Part shown: in pieces, positions 38,180 through 47,604 of the stretch
Position numbering within the stretch: the first letter of the stretch is position 1
Layout of the letters: every line of letters begins with the position of its first letter
NCBI GenBank assembly: GCA_024236295.1
Contig: JACKKT010000006.1
Coordinates: 146,105-210,104, forward strand
DNA: 64,000 bases
Origin: Kordiimonadaceae bacterium
GTDB lineage: Bacteria; Pseudomonadota; Alphaproteobacteria; Sphingomonadales; Emcibacteraceae
Reading direction: 5' to 3'
The notes under the pieces: generated by a model
Told to the model about the DNA's origin: nothing
What the model saw: the letters and a program-made list of their open reading frames with translations, nothing else
Database searches by the model: none
Translations under genes and position numbers: made by a program

Positions 38180-39805
38180 TTAATTACCACGGATGCGTTC
38201 TCGGAAATATAAATGCCAGGGCTGTGGCGTATCTTCCAGCCTTACCTGAACTTCAATCAAAACCGGTCCATCATGGGCAAAGCCTTCCTTAAGTGCGGCC
38301 CTTAGCCCTTCGGGACTGTCAGTTCGGCATGACTTAACCCCGAAGCTTTCCCCAAGTTTGACAAAGTCCGGATTTTTAAGATCGGAAGCGATCACCCTTC
38401 CTTTATGTGTGGTCTGTTGAATGCGTTTGACATTGCCAAAGCAGTTATCATTAAAAACCACACACACCATCGGGATATTAAACTGTACGGCAGTGGCCAT
38501 TTCCTGAACATTGAACATAAAGCCTCCATCCCCGGCAATGGTCACGACCTTCTTATCCGGGTTTGCAACCTGAACGCCAAGACCAGTGGCATATGAATGG
38601 CCCAGCGTTCCCTGATAACTCGGATATAAATAGGTACGCGGATGATAAACCGGGAATCCATCCCGCGATGCATAGCCCACCTGTGTAAGATCAGTAACAA
38701 AATGCCCGTCTTCTGGCAGTTCTTCCCTAATCACTTTCATATAGGCAACCTGCGGCACCATAATATTGACTTCCTTTGCCACTTCGGCCTTGACCGCGTT
38801 CATTTCAACAACCGACCATTTGGGCGCGCAGCTTCCAATTTCCTTGTTCAGTGCTTTTAATCCCTCTGCCGCATCACAATGAATGGCAAGGTCTGGGGTG
38901 CTGAGACGGTTCATTTCCTCCTCATCAATATCCATGCGGATAATTTTCAGATTGTCATCTAGTCCCCAATCATCAATTTGTGGTGTCATACGGCTACCGA
39001 CACCCAGAACCACATCTGCATCTTTCCATAAATAATGCCCGGCAACCGGTACCATGGCATAATCGTCCCGCGCGTCCATCACCCCCAGCGAATTGACCGA
39101 CATCACAACAGGCACCCCGATGGCTTTGCTCAAAGCGCGAACTTCCGCTGACGCATCTATGGTACCTCCACCAACAAATATAACCGGGCGACGTGCATTT
39201 TTTAGCATTTCTGCCGCTTTTTTAATTTTATCCATGTCCGGTTTTTTGGGAGTTTGTTTTTTAAAGGCCTCAGCCTTTTCAACATCTTCGACCATCGGCA
39301 TGATGTCCATCGCCATTTCGATTTCAACCGGACGGATCCGGCCACTGGAAAGCGCATCAAAGGCACGAGCCATCGCATCTGGCGTATCGGACGGTCGGTC
39401 AATCCGGTGGGCCATTTTTGTTATTTTTTCGGCAATTTCAAGCTGGTCACGGATTTCATGAAGCTGCCCGGTTTTTCCGTTAATTTTTTTTGACGGGATC
39501 TGACCACAGATACATAGCATCGGCGTATTACAGGCATACCCCGTAGCAATTGCAGCGCCGGCATTTAAAAGTCCCGGGCCCGGCACCACAAAAAAAGCAC
39601 CAACCTTACCCGTTGACTGCGCATAGCCATAAGCCATATAGGCCGCTCCCTGCTCATGGCGGGCATGGATGACGTTAATTTCATTGCGCCGGTCATACAT
39701 GGCACTAAAACTGTAATCTAGATGAGCGCCAGGCACCCCGAACACCTGATCAACTCCGTTGGCAATTAAACTATCGACAATGGCCTGCCCACCTGTCATC
39801 TTCAT
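38180..39805 (-). CDS. Thiamine-diphosphate-dependent enzyme (acetolactate synthase / 2-oxo-acid decarboxylase superfamily)
   Basis: MTGGQA, FGVPG, RHEQGAAYMA, PGPG, GDGGFMF...FNDN; start at MKMTGG behind GAGG. Confidence 0.92.
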   Translation of the reverse strand: MKMTGGQAIVDSLIANGVDQVFGVPGAHLDYSFSAMYDRRNEINVIHARHEQGAAYMAYGYAQSTGKVGAFFVVPGPGLLNAGAAIATGYACNTPMLCICGQIPSKKINGKTGQLHEIRDQLEIAEKITKMAHRIDRPSDTPDAMARAFDALSSGRIRPVEIEMAMDIMPMVEDVEKAEAFKKQTPKKPDMDKIKKAAEMLKNARRPVIFVGGGTIDASAEVRALSKAIGVPVVMSVNSLGVMDARDDYAMVPVAGHYLWKDADVVLGVGSRMTPQIDDWGLDDNLKIIRMDIDEEEMNRLSTPDLAIHCDAAEGLKALNKEIGSCAPKWSVVEMNAVKAEVAKEVNIMVPQVAYMKVIREELPEDGHFVTDLTQVGYASRDGFPVYHPRTYLYPSYQGTLGHSYATGLGVQVANPDKKVVTIAGDGGFMFNVQEMATAVQFNIPMVCVVFNDNCFGNVKRIQQTTHKGRVIASDLKNPDFVKLGESFGVKSCRTDSPEGLRAALKEGFAHDGPVLIEVQVRLEDTPQPWHLYFRERIRGN

Positions 39806-39825
39806 CACATACACCTCTAATTCTT

Positions 39826-39862
39826 GTTCCATTATTTAATACTTGGTTTCAGTATTTGAGAT
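39826..39862. promoter_or_regulatory. Tandem operator copy 2 (putative IclR-family site)
   Basis: GTTCC-N7-AATAC-ttg-GTTTC-N7-GAGAT between the divergent ThDP-enzyme and IclR genes. Confidence 0.55.
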
Positions 39863-39907
39863 TTATAACATTATGTGTATAATTACAAGTCTATGGGAGA
39901 ATAATGC

Positions 39908-40723
39908 TTGAACAAACAAAAAGATATTGCTGATAACGGCTCGATGGTGCGCTCTCTTGCTGTGACTTTTAAACTTCTGGATACTATGGCCAATGCCGGT
40001 GAACCAATGAGAATTACGGAAATTGCCCGGCAGTTGGGCGAAAGTAAAGCCAAAATTCATCGTCATTTAAGCACCCTGCGCAGTCTGGGGGTGGTTGAAC
40101 AGGAAAAAACGTCAGAAAAATACAGGCTGGGCTGGAAACTTTTCCGCCTTGGCCAGGCGGCGTTTGAACAGTTTGACCTTAAATCCATTGCAGAACCGCA
40201 TATGGCCCGACTTCGTGATTTAACAAATCAGTCCGCCGTACTTGCCGTTCCTTCAGGTGGGGAAGCTATGGTCATTGCCAGTATGGATAACAGCAGTGAT
40301 ACTTCCTTGAGGATCTCTGCTGTTCCCGGTGCCACACCACCAACCACAGCATCGGCACAGGGACGCATCGTCCTTGCCTATGCCACAGATGATCACAGGG
40401 AACAGCTGCTTGGCGGGCCACTAAAGGCTTATAATAAAAAAAGTATCACAGATATCACCGAAATCCGCAAACGTCTGAAGCTGATCAAAACCCGTCTTTA
40501 TGAAACAGCCATTGAGGAAGTGATGCTTGGATTTAGTACCATTGCCGCCCCTATTTTTGATTCTGACGAGAGGCTGATTGGTACGGTCGGCATTATCGGA
40601 TCAGTACAATATATTGCCGACCCGCCAAACCCGCAACAGATAGCCCACGTGCAAAGCTGCGCAGCAACCATTTCAAAGATTTTCAATTCAAATGCATATA
40701 CAGGAATTGCCGATCCATTTTAA
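39908..40723 (+). CDS. IclR-family transcriptional regulator
   Basis: HTH ITEIARQLGESKAKIHRHLSTL, KYRLG, SAQGR, IAAPIFD. Confidence 0.93.
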   Translation: MNKQKDIADNGSMVRSLAVTFKLLDTMANAGEPMRITEIARQLGESKAKIHRHLSTLRSLGVVEQEKTSEKYRLGWKLFRLGQAAFEQFDLKSIAEPHMARLRDLTNQSAVLAVPSGGEAMVIASMDNSSDTSLRISAVPGATPPTTASAQGRIVLAYATDDHREQLLGGPLKAYNKKSITDITEIRKRLKLIKTRLYETAIEEVMLGFSTIAAPIFDSDERLIGTVGIIGSVQYIADPPNPQQIAHVQSCAATISKIFNSNAYTGIADPF

Positions 40724-40759
40724 TCTTTATTTTCGGAACAACGTATCGTATAATGAGAC
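40723..40759. promoter_or_regulatory. Tandem operator copy 3 (putative IclR-family site)
   Basis: ATCTT-N7-GGAAC-aac-GTATC-N7-GAGAC upstream of the monooxygenase; contains TATAAT. Confidence 0.6.
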
Positions 40760-40787
40760 ATTATTAAAAAATTAGCTGGAGCAAAAA

Positions 40788-42230
40788 ATGGCCATTCGGA
40801 CCGGAAAAGAGTATTTGGACGCGATTTCAAAACCTAAAGATATAAGAATTGATGGTGAAAAAATTACCAATGTGGTGACCGATCCCCGCTTTGCTGGCGG
40901 GGCCAAAACCATGGCGATGATTTTTGATCTTCAGCACCGTAAAGATCTGATCAATAAAATGACCTATGTGGAGAATGGCGAACGGTATGGCCTATCCCAT
41001 AAAATGATCAAAACGAAAGAGGATCTGGCCCAACGCAAGGAAATGTTCAAAATATGGTCTGATGCCAGTTGCGGCACTTTTGGCCGCAGTCCTGATTATA
41101 TGAATGTCTATCTAATGGCGATGAATGCCGCTGCTGATCAATTTGGTGACTTTGCCGATAATGTCAGAAACTATTACAAATATGTCCGCGATAATGATCT
41201 TTCGATGACCCATACACTGGTCAATCCACAGGTAGACAGATCAAAACCGGTCGAACAGCAGGATAAGGATCTGGCAGCAAAAATCGTTGAAACCAATGAT
41301 AAGGGTATAGTCATTCAGGGGGCCAGAATGGTTTCCACCCTGTCCGCCTATGCCGATGAAATCCTGGTTGTCCCATCTGGTATTATTCAGAATAATCAGG
41401 AAGCAGCCCCCTATGCTTTTGCCTTCGGTATTCAGACGGATGCCCCGGGGATCATCCATATTTCCCGCCCGTCCGTAGTACACCAGAATGAAGGCCACCC
41501 GATGGATTACCCCCTTTCCGGCCGTTTTGATGAAACCGATGCCATGATCATTTTTGATAATGTGCTGGTGCCCTGGGAACGTGTCTTCACCCATGGCGAC
41601 GTGACCATGTGTAATGAATTTTACAAACGGACCAATATCGGCGCCCATATTCTTGACCAGTCAACAGTCAGGAGCCTGGCAAAAGCCGAATTTTACCGTG
41701 ACCTTGCCTTTACCATCGCCGACAGTACCAAAACCGACGGGTTTATCAATGTACAGAATATGCTGGCCGAGCTAATGACCACGGTTGAATTGGTCCGCTG
41801 CGTCATTACCGCTGCCCATGCAGAAGCCAAACTGGTCAACGGTATCATGTCACCCAATGCTGCGCCTTATGCGGCCCTGCGGTTAAGCTATCCTGATATG
41901 TACCAGCGCATGTGTGAAATTATCCGCATCCTTGGTGCAGGTGGTCTGGTCGCTGTGCCGTCATACGCCGAATTTGACAGTGATACCAAAGATTTCGTTG
42001 AAAAATATTTCCAGTCTGCAAACGGTGACAGCCGCTCACGCACAAAACTGTTCCGTCTGGCTTATGATGCCTCCATTTCAAGCTTTGCTGGCCGCCAGCA
42101 GCTTTACGAACGCTACTATTCCGGCGACCCTGTTCGCGCAGCGGCAAATATGTATAATAATGCCGATAAGGAACCGGGACGAAAACGGATCTGGTCCTTC
42201 CTGGATGATTATGAAAAGAGCCTCTCATGA
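40788..42230 (+). CDS. Group D flavin-dependent monooxygenase, 4-hydroxyphenylacetate 3-hydroxylase (HpaB)-like oxygenase
   Basis: IRTGKEYL, GRSPDYMN, THTLVNPQVDRS, RFDETDA, FDNVLVPWERVF, GRQQLYERYYSGDP. Confidence 0.92.
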   Translation: MAIRTGKEYLDAISKPKDIRIDGEKITNVVTDPRFAGGAKTMAMIFDLQHRKDLINKMTYVENGERYGLSHKMIKTKEDLAQRKEMFKIWSDASCGTFGRSPDYMNVYLMAMNAAADQFGDFADNVRNYYKYVRDNDLSMTHTLVNPQVDRSKPVEQQDKDLAAKIVETNDKGIVIQGARMVSTLSAYADEILVVPSGIIQNNQEAAPYAFAFGIQTDAPGIIHISRPSVVHQNEGHPMDYPLSGRFDETDAMIIFDNVLVPWERVFTHGDVTMCNEFYKRTNIGAHILDQSTVRSLAKAEFYRDLAFTIADSTKTDGFINVQNMLAELMTTVELVRCVITAAHAEAKLVNGIMSPNAAPYAALRLSYPDMYQRMCEIIRILGAGGLVAVPSYAEFDSDTKDFVEKYFQSANGDSRSRTKLFRLAYDASISSFAGRQQLYERYYSGDPVRAAANMYNNADKEPGRKRIWSFLDDYEKSLS

Positions 42231-42613
42231 GTGATAAATGGAAAAAAGTTGAGGATATAAAAACCCCGCCCGGGCCGGTTACCTTCACCATGGAACATTC
42301 CCAGAATGGCTACCGCATGAATGCTATTTGCTATAGTCTAAAAAAGGAAGAAAACAGAGTAAAATTCAGAGAAGATTATGAAAAATATATGGCCGAATTT
42401 GGCCTGAGTGAATTCGAAAAGGAACTGGTCCGAAGCCGGGACTGGCTTAAAATGATCCATTATGGTGTCAGCCCCTATCTGATTGGCAAAATGGCCCAAT
42501 GCTTTGATTTAAGTTTTATGGACTGGGGCGCGTTTATGCGAGGGGAACAGGCAAAAGAATTCATGGAAAGAAATATTCCCCTACTGAAAAATTATAATAA
42601 GGATAGTAAGTAA
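42227..42613 (+). CDS. LigA-like extradiol dioxygenase small subunit
   Basis: GYRMNAICYSLKKEENR...YMAEFGLS...RDW...G; coupled to a LigB-like gene. Confidence 0.85.
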   Translation: MSDKWKKVEDIKTPPGPVTFTMEHSQNGYRMNAICYSLKKEENRVKFREDYEKYMAEFGLSEFEKELVRSRDWLKMIHYGVSPYLIGKMAQCFDLSFMDWGAFMRGEQAKEFMERNIPLLKNYNKDSK

Positions 42614-43446
42614 TGGCTAATTTTGTTGGTGGAATATGCACATCCCATAACGGCGCGCTAATGCATGGCTGGGATTACCAGCTACGCGAAGACCCGATCT
42701 GGACGCCGCTGTTTGAAAGCTATGATCCGGTAAGACAGTGGATAAAGGATAAAAAGGTTGATGTCCTTTTCTTTGTTTTCAATGATCATGTCAGCAATTT
42801 TTTCTTTGACTGCTATCCTACATTCGCGATCGGCATTGCTGAACAATATGAACATGCCGATGAAGGAAGTGGCCCACGTGACCTTGCCATTCCATATGGC
42901 GACGTCCCCTTTTCTCGCTATATGGCCGATTATCTGATCCGTGATGAATTTGATCTTGCGGTCTGTCAGGAAATGAAGCTGGATCATGGCATCATGGGAC
43001 CGACCCCTTATATGCTGGACCAGCCATGGCCGGTAAAATTCGTACCCTTCTGCGTTAATGTTATCCAGCACCCGATCCCAAGCGTCAAACGCTGCTGGAA
43101 ACTTGGCAAATCAATCCGCAAGGCGATTGAGGCCTACCCGGAGGACATCAACGTTGCCGTGGTGGGAACAGGTGGCCTTTCCCATGAACTTCAGGGCACC
43201 AATTTCGGACGGATTGAGCTCGATTGGGATAATGAATTCATGGATAAATTTGAAGTTGAACCGGAAAGCATGCTTGATTGGGACGTGAAGGAATTTATGG
43301 ACCGTGGGGGTTCGGAAAGCGCCGAAACCGTGATGTGGTTTGCCATGCGCGGCGCTATGAACAAAAAGGTAAGACGCATTCACCGCAATTTATACCGCGG
43401 CATGCTGACCGGGATGGCAGTTCTGGTTTTTGAGGATGCTGAATGA
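42613..43446 (+). CDS. LigB-like extradiol ring-cleavage dioxygenase catalytic subunit
   Basis: TSH, FNDH, PTFAIG, LDHG, GTGGLSH, E..MWFAMRGA. Confidence 0.92.
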   Translation: MANFVGGICTSHNGALMHGWDYQLREDPIWTPLFESYDPVRQWIKDKKVDVLFFVFNDHVSNFFFDCYPTFAIGIAEQYEHADEGSGPRDLAIPYGDVPFSRYMADYLIRDEFDLAVCQEMKLDHGIMGPTPYMLDQPWPVKFVPFCVNVIQHPIPSVKRCWKLGKSIRKAIEAYPEDINVAVVGTGGLSHELQGTNFGRIELDWDNEFMDKFEVEPESMLDWDVKEFMDRGGSESAETVMWFAMRGAMNKKVRRIHRNLYRGMLTGMAVLVFEDAE

Positions 43447-44804
43447 ATATATTTTCGCGCCGCAAACGACCCCCGCACCTCGGCACATATCCGATGGAAA
43501 AAATCAGGCGCGTTGATAGTCCCACCACACTCATCATAGAAGACGAAGTAAAACGTGTCCCCCGCCGTGCGGACGGCTTTATCCGGGCCGACCATGGCGA
43601 CTTTGGTGAGCAGCAGAAACAGGCCCGTATCAGAACAGGGTCATCAACAGCTAAAGGAGCAAAAGTCCCTTTAAACGGCGCCTTGGGTGATAATATCAGA
43701 AGCTTTATCCCGCTTCAGGACGGCGACGTTGCCACCGAAAAAGCACCCATCCCGGATGATCCGGAACTGATTGCCAATAATATGAAATCGCTTGCCTATT
43801 TTCTGGATTCCGATGTGGTCGGTATCTGTGAAGCAAAAGATTATTGTTGGTATTCCCATGATCGGGACGGAAAGGAAATTATGGCCCGCCATAAATACGC
43901 CATCGTTATTCTGATTGATCAGGGATTTTATACCAATGATGCTTCCACCGGGGATGACTGGATCAGTGGCTCACAAAGCTATCGGGCCTATCTGCGCGGT
44001 GCGGAAATCGGTAATATCATTGCTGCCTATATCAGGAACCTGGGCTATGAAGCGCGTAATCACACGGCCATGGATAGCGAAGTTCTGCATCTGCCGCTTA
44101 TCCTGCAAGCCGGTCTGGGGGAGTTAAGCCGCATCGGCGAAGTGGTGATCAATCCTTTTATCGGACCACGCTTTAAATCAGTGGTCGTGACCACAAATAT
44201 TCCCCTTAAAACCGATAAACCCATTGATTTCGGCTTGCAGGATTTTTGCAGCAAATGCCAGAAATGCGCCCGTGAATGCCCTGTCGGCGCAATACCATTT
44301 GGCGATAAAATTATGTATAACGGTTATGAAACCTGGAAACCGGATGTACCAAACTGCACCAGTTACCGTGTTTCAAACCCCAAGGGGGCAGGATGTGGCA
44401 GATGTATGAAAACCTGCCCCTGGAATAATGAAGGGATACTGGCTTATCGCATAGCCACATGGATAGCGATAAAAGTCCCGTTCATGCGCAAATTTCTAAT
44501 CTGGCTTGATGATTTTGTCGGCAACGGCAATCAGAATGAAACCCATCGCTGGTGGTTTGATCTTTATAATGATAATGGCAAAATTGTCATTCCCAAAGCC
44601 ACTAATGAAAAGGGCATTCATCCGGATAAAAAGCAGCCTAAAAACCACCGTATATCCTATTATACGGTGGATAGTTTACCGAAGTTTGATGAAAAAGGGG
44701 CATGGCCCTTTGACCGCAAAGGCGGATGGGCGTTAAAAGACAAACTGGAAACACCGGAAGAGGCGCGAAAAAGGACAGAAAAAACAAGTAACAAGCCATC
44801 TTGA
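43443..44804 (+). CDS. Catabolic (non-respiratory) cobalamin/Fe-S reductive dehalogenase
   Basis: YPMEKIRRVDSPTTLI, DVVGIC, DWISGSQSYRAY, AGLGELSRIG, GPRFKS, FCSKCQKCARECP and C...CGRCMKTCPWN; no Tat signal and no rdhB. Confidence 0.88.
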   Translation: MNIFSRRKRPPHLGTYPMEKIRRVDSPTTLIIEDEVKRVPRRADGFIRADHGDFGEQQKQARIRTGSSTAKGAKVPLNGALGDNIRSFIPLQDGDVATEKAPIPDDPELIANNMKSLAYFLDSDVVGICEAKDYCWYSHDRDGKEIMARHKYAIVILIDQGFYTNDASTGDDWISGSQSYRAYLRGAEIGNIIAAYIRNLGYEARNHTAMDSEVLHLPLILQAGLGELSRIGEVVINPFIGPRFKSVVVTTNIPLKTDKPIDFGLQDFCSKCQKCARECPVGAIPFGDKIMYNGYETWKPDVPNCTSYRVSNPKGAGCGRCMKTCPWNNEGILAYRIATWIAIKVPFMRKFLIWLDDFVGNGNQNETHRWWFDLYNDNGKIVIPKATNEKGIHPDKKQPKNHRISYYTVDSLPKFDEKGAWPFDRKGGWALKDKLETPEEARKRTEKTSNKPS

Positions 44805-44884
44805 AATAGCTGGATAAAACTCTAAACTGCTATTAATATAATAGAAAATAATAAGCATAATTTGATTGCTCAGGGGAGGAAGAT

Positions 44885-46216
44885 TTGGGTTTAGAAAATG
44901 TGCAGGAAAAAGGACAGAAGTCGCTTGCCTATGCCTGGTTTGTCGCCATTCTTCTTATGCTGGGATATACGCTTTCCTTTCTTGACCGGGAAATACTCTC
45001 TCTCCTCATTAATCCTATTAAGATAAAATTTGGCCTTACCGATTTTCAGGTGAGCCTTTTGATGGGACCCGCTTTTGCGATTTTTTACACGGTTATGGGC
45101 ATCCCTCTTGGCTGGGCCGCCGACCGATTTAACCGGACCCGCCTGATTGCCGCCGGTATGACCCTCTGGAGCGTCATGACCGGTTTTTGTGGCCTTTCGG
45201 CCAATTTCGTACAGATATTTCTGGCGCGGATCGGGATTGGAGTTGGTGAAGCCGTCCTGACGCCAAGCGCGGTATCGCTGCTTTCCGACTATTTCCCGAA
45301 AAATAAACTGCCCTTCGCGATGAGTATTTATTCCATGGGGCTTTTTATCGGTGGCGGCATGGCCCTGATCGGTGGTGGAGCTGTGCTCACCGCACTGGAT
45401 GGGGTGACCTGGACTGTCCCTTTATTCGGCACCCTCGAATTCTGGCAGATCGGCTTTCTGATTGCCGGAATGCCCGGCATTGTTCTGGCCATCATAATTT
45501 TTATGGTCAGGGAACCCAAAAGAAAGGAAATGGCAACGGACCAGAGCGGAGTTGAACAAAAAGCCTCCTTCGCTGTCGCCTTTGATTATATGTGGCGCCA
45601 TAAAAAACTGTTTCTTTGTTTGTTTATTGGCGGTTCCATGGTTGCCATTTTACAATACCAGTCGCTCTGGTATCCTGAACATTTAATGCGCGCCTTTGAA
45701 TGGGACAGGGCCCAGGCCGGAAAAGTCGCCGGCTACCCAACTGTACTAGGCGGTATTGCCGGGCTTTTGCTGGGTGGGCAATATATGAGCGTCCAAAGCA
45801 AAATGGGAAATAAGGACGTTGCCGTTAAGCTTGCTTTTTTAAGCGCCGTCGGCATTGGGCTTCCCGCGGTGCTGATGCCGCTCATGTCGTCAGTTATTTT
45901 CAAAATTATCGGTATATCCATCGTTAAATTCTTTGTCGCCATGCCGCTGATTGCCGGAACCACCGCGATCAGAATGGCCGTACCCAACCAGATGCGCGGA
46001 CAGTTTACCGCCATGTATTTTGTCTTTGTCGGGCTGATCGGGGCAACCCTGGGGCCGGTGATGCCGGGCTATATCACCACATTTATTTTCAATGAAAATA
46101 CGGAGATGCTCAATTATTCACTATCCATTTCGGCGGCCCTGACCATTCCGTTCAGCACCATACTTCTCTGGATCAGCTGGGGCGAATATAAAAAACATGT
46201 CTATAAAGACGATTGA
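44885..46216 (+). CDS. MFS transporter (spinster-like), paralogue 1
   Basis: SFLDREI, GWAADRFNR, RIGIGVGEA, about 12 TM helices. Confidence 0.92.
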   Translation: MGLENVQEKGQKSLAYAWFVAILLMLGYTLSFLDREILSLLINPIKIKFGLTDFQVSLLMGPAFAIFYTVMGIPLGWAADRFNRTRLIAAGMTLWSVMTGFCGLSANFVQIFLARIGIGVGEAVLTPSAVSLLSDYFPKNKLPFAMSIYSMGLFIGGGMALIGGGAVLTALDGVTWTVPLFGTLEFWQIGFLIAGMPGIVLAIIIFMVREPKRKEMATDQSGVEQKASFAVAFDYMWRHKKLFLCLFIGGSMVAILQYQSLWYPEHLMRAFEWDRAQAGKVAGYPTVLGGIAGLLLGGQYMSVQSKMGNKDVAVKLAFLSAVGIGLPAVLMPLMSSVIFKIIGISIVKFFVAMPLIAGTTAIRMAVPNQMRGQFTAMYFVFVGLIGATLGPVMPGYITTFIFNENTEMLNYSLSISAALTIPFSTILLWISWGEYKKHVYKDD

Positions 46217-46234
46217 TAAGAGGGAGAGAATTAG

Positions 46235-47581
46235 GTGAGTGACATAAAACCACTAGCAAGCGTTGAAGAAAAGCTGGACCACAGCATCACCTATGCCTGG
46301 GCCATAACGGCGATGTTAATGCTTTGCTACACATTTTCCATGCTGGACCGCGAAATTATCTCGCTGCTGGTGGATCCGATCAAAGCAAAATTTCAGGTTA
46401 CAGATTTTGAAGTGGGCCTGCTGATGGGGCCGGCGTTTGGAATTTTTTATACGGTGATGGGTATTCCGCTTGGCTGGGCGGCGGACCGCTATAACCGAAA
46501 AAACCTGATCACTTTTGGTATTACACTCTGGAGCTTCATGACCGCCTTTTGCGGCCTTGCCGGAAGCTTCGTTCAGCTTTTCATAAACCGGATCGGCGTT
46601 GGTGTTGGTGAAGCCACCCTGACCCCGAGTGCTTCTTCGCTGCTTGGGGACCTTTTTCCAAAAGATAAACTGCCGCTTGCCACCAGTGTCTATTCACTTG
46701 GTGTTTTCATCGGTTCCGCCCTTGCCATGATCGGCGGCGGTATTCTGCTTTCCCATATCAAGGGCGTGACCGTAACATGGCCGATTGTCGGCACCCTTGA
46801 ATACTGGCAGCTTACCTTTGTGATTGTCGGGTTGCCCGGTCTGGTTCTGGCGCTGATTGTTTACCAGATTATTGAACCCAAAAGGCGCGAACTCGCCCTT
46901 GATGCAGACGGAAAAGTGGAAAAAGTATCGATGGTCAGTGCCTTTTACTATCTGCTTGAGCATAAAAAGCTGTTTCTTAATTTCTTCCTCGGTGGCTCTG
47001 TCATCGCCACGATCGGTTATCATTCCGCCTGGTATCCGTCGCTCTTTATGCGCACATGGGGCTGGACCGAACAGGAAGCCGCCTTTGCCACCGGGTTTCC
47101 GTCCCTGATCGGCGGAACAACCGGGCTGATCCTCGCCGGGATAATCATGAGCGAAATGGTCAAAATAGGCACAAAGGATGCCGCCCTAAAAATCGCCTTT
47201 ATTTCCGCCCTTGGCATCGGCATACCCGCCGTCACCATGCCGCTGATGCCATCGGGGATGCTGGCGGTTGTTATCATGATTTTTGCCAAACTGTTTGTCG
47301 GTATTCCGCTGATCACCGGCATTGCCATGATCCGCATGTCGGCCCCGAACCAGATGCGCGGGCAGTTCACCGCCCTCTATTTCGTTTTTGTCGGTGTGAT
47401 CTCAACCAGCCTGGGCCCGGTCATTCCCGGCTTTTTCACCACTTATATATTTAATGAAGATGTCGCCATGACAAGATATTCCCTTGCCATTGCCGCCGGG
47501 GTTGTGGTGCCAATCGGCTCCACCCTGATCTGGCTTGGCTGGCAGGAATATAAAAAGGTTGTCTATGCGGGGGAAGATTAA
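46235..47581 (+). CDS. MFS transporter (spinster-like), paralogue 2
   Basis: SMLDREI, GWAADRYNR, RIGVGVGEA, PNQMRGQFTA shared with paralogue 1. Confidence 0.92.
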   Translation: MSDIKPLASVEEKLDHSITYAWAITAMLMLCYTFSMLDREIISLLVDPIKAKFQVTDFEVGLLMGPAFGIFYTVMGIPLGWAADRYNRKNLITFGITLWSFMTAFCGLAGSFVQLFINRIGVGVGEATLTPSASSLLGDLFPKDKLPLATSVYSLGVFIGSALAMIGGGILLSHIKGVTVTWPIVGTLEYWQLTFVIVGLPGLVLALIVYQIIEPKRRELALDADGKVEKVSMVSAFYYLLEHKKLFLNFFLGGSVIATIGYHSAWYPSLFMRTWGWTEQEAAFATGFPSLIGGTTGLILAGIIMSEMVKIGTKDAALKIAFISALGIGIPAVTMPLMPSGMLAVVIMIFAKLFVGIPLITGIAMIRMSAPNQMRGQFTALYFVFVGVISTSLGPVIPGFFTTYIFNEDVAMTRYSLAIAAGVVVPIGSTLIWLGWQEYKKVVYAGED

Positions 47582-47604
47582 TATCCCCCGCTAAGCCTTT
47601 AAAA

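Noticed and set aside
43443-43500. SRRK at the dehalogenase N-terminus as a Tat signal (respiratory RdhA)
   Set aside because: No hydrophobic h-region follows and there is no rdhB.
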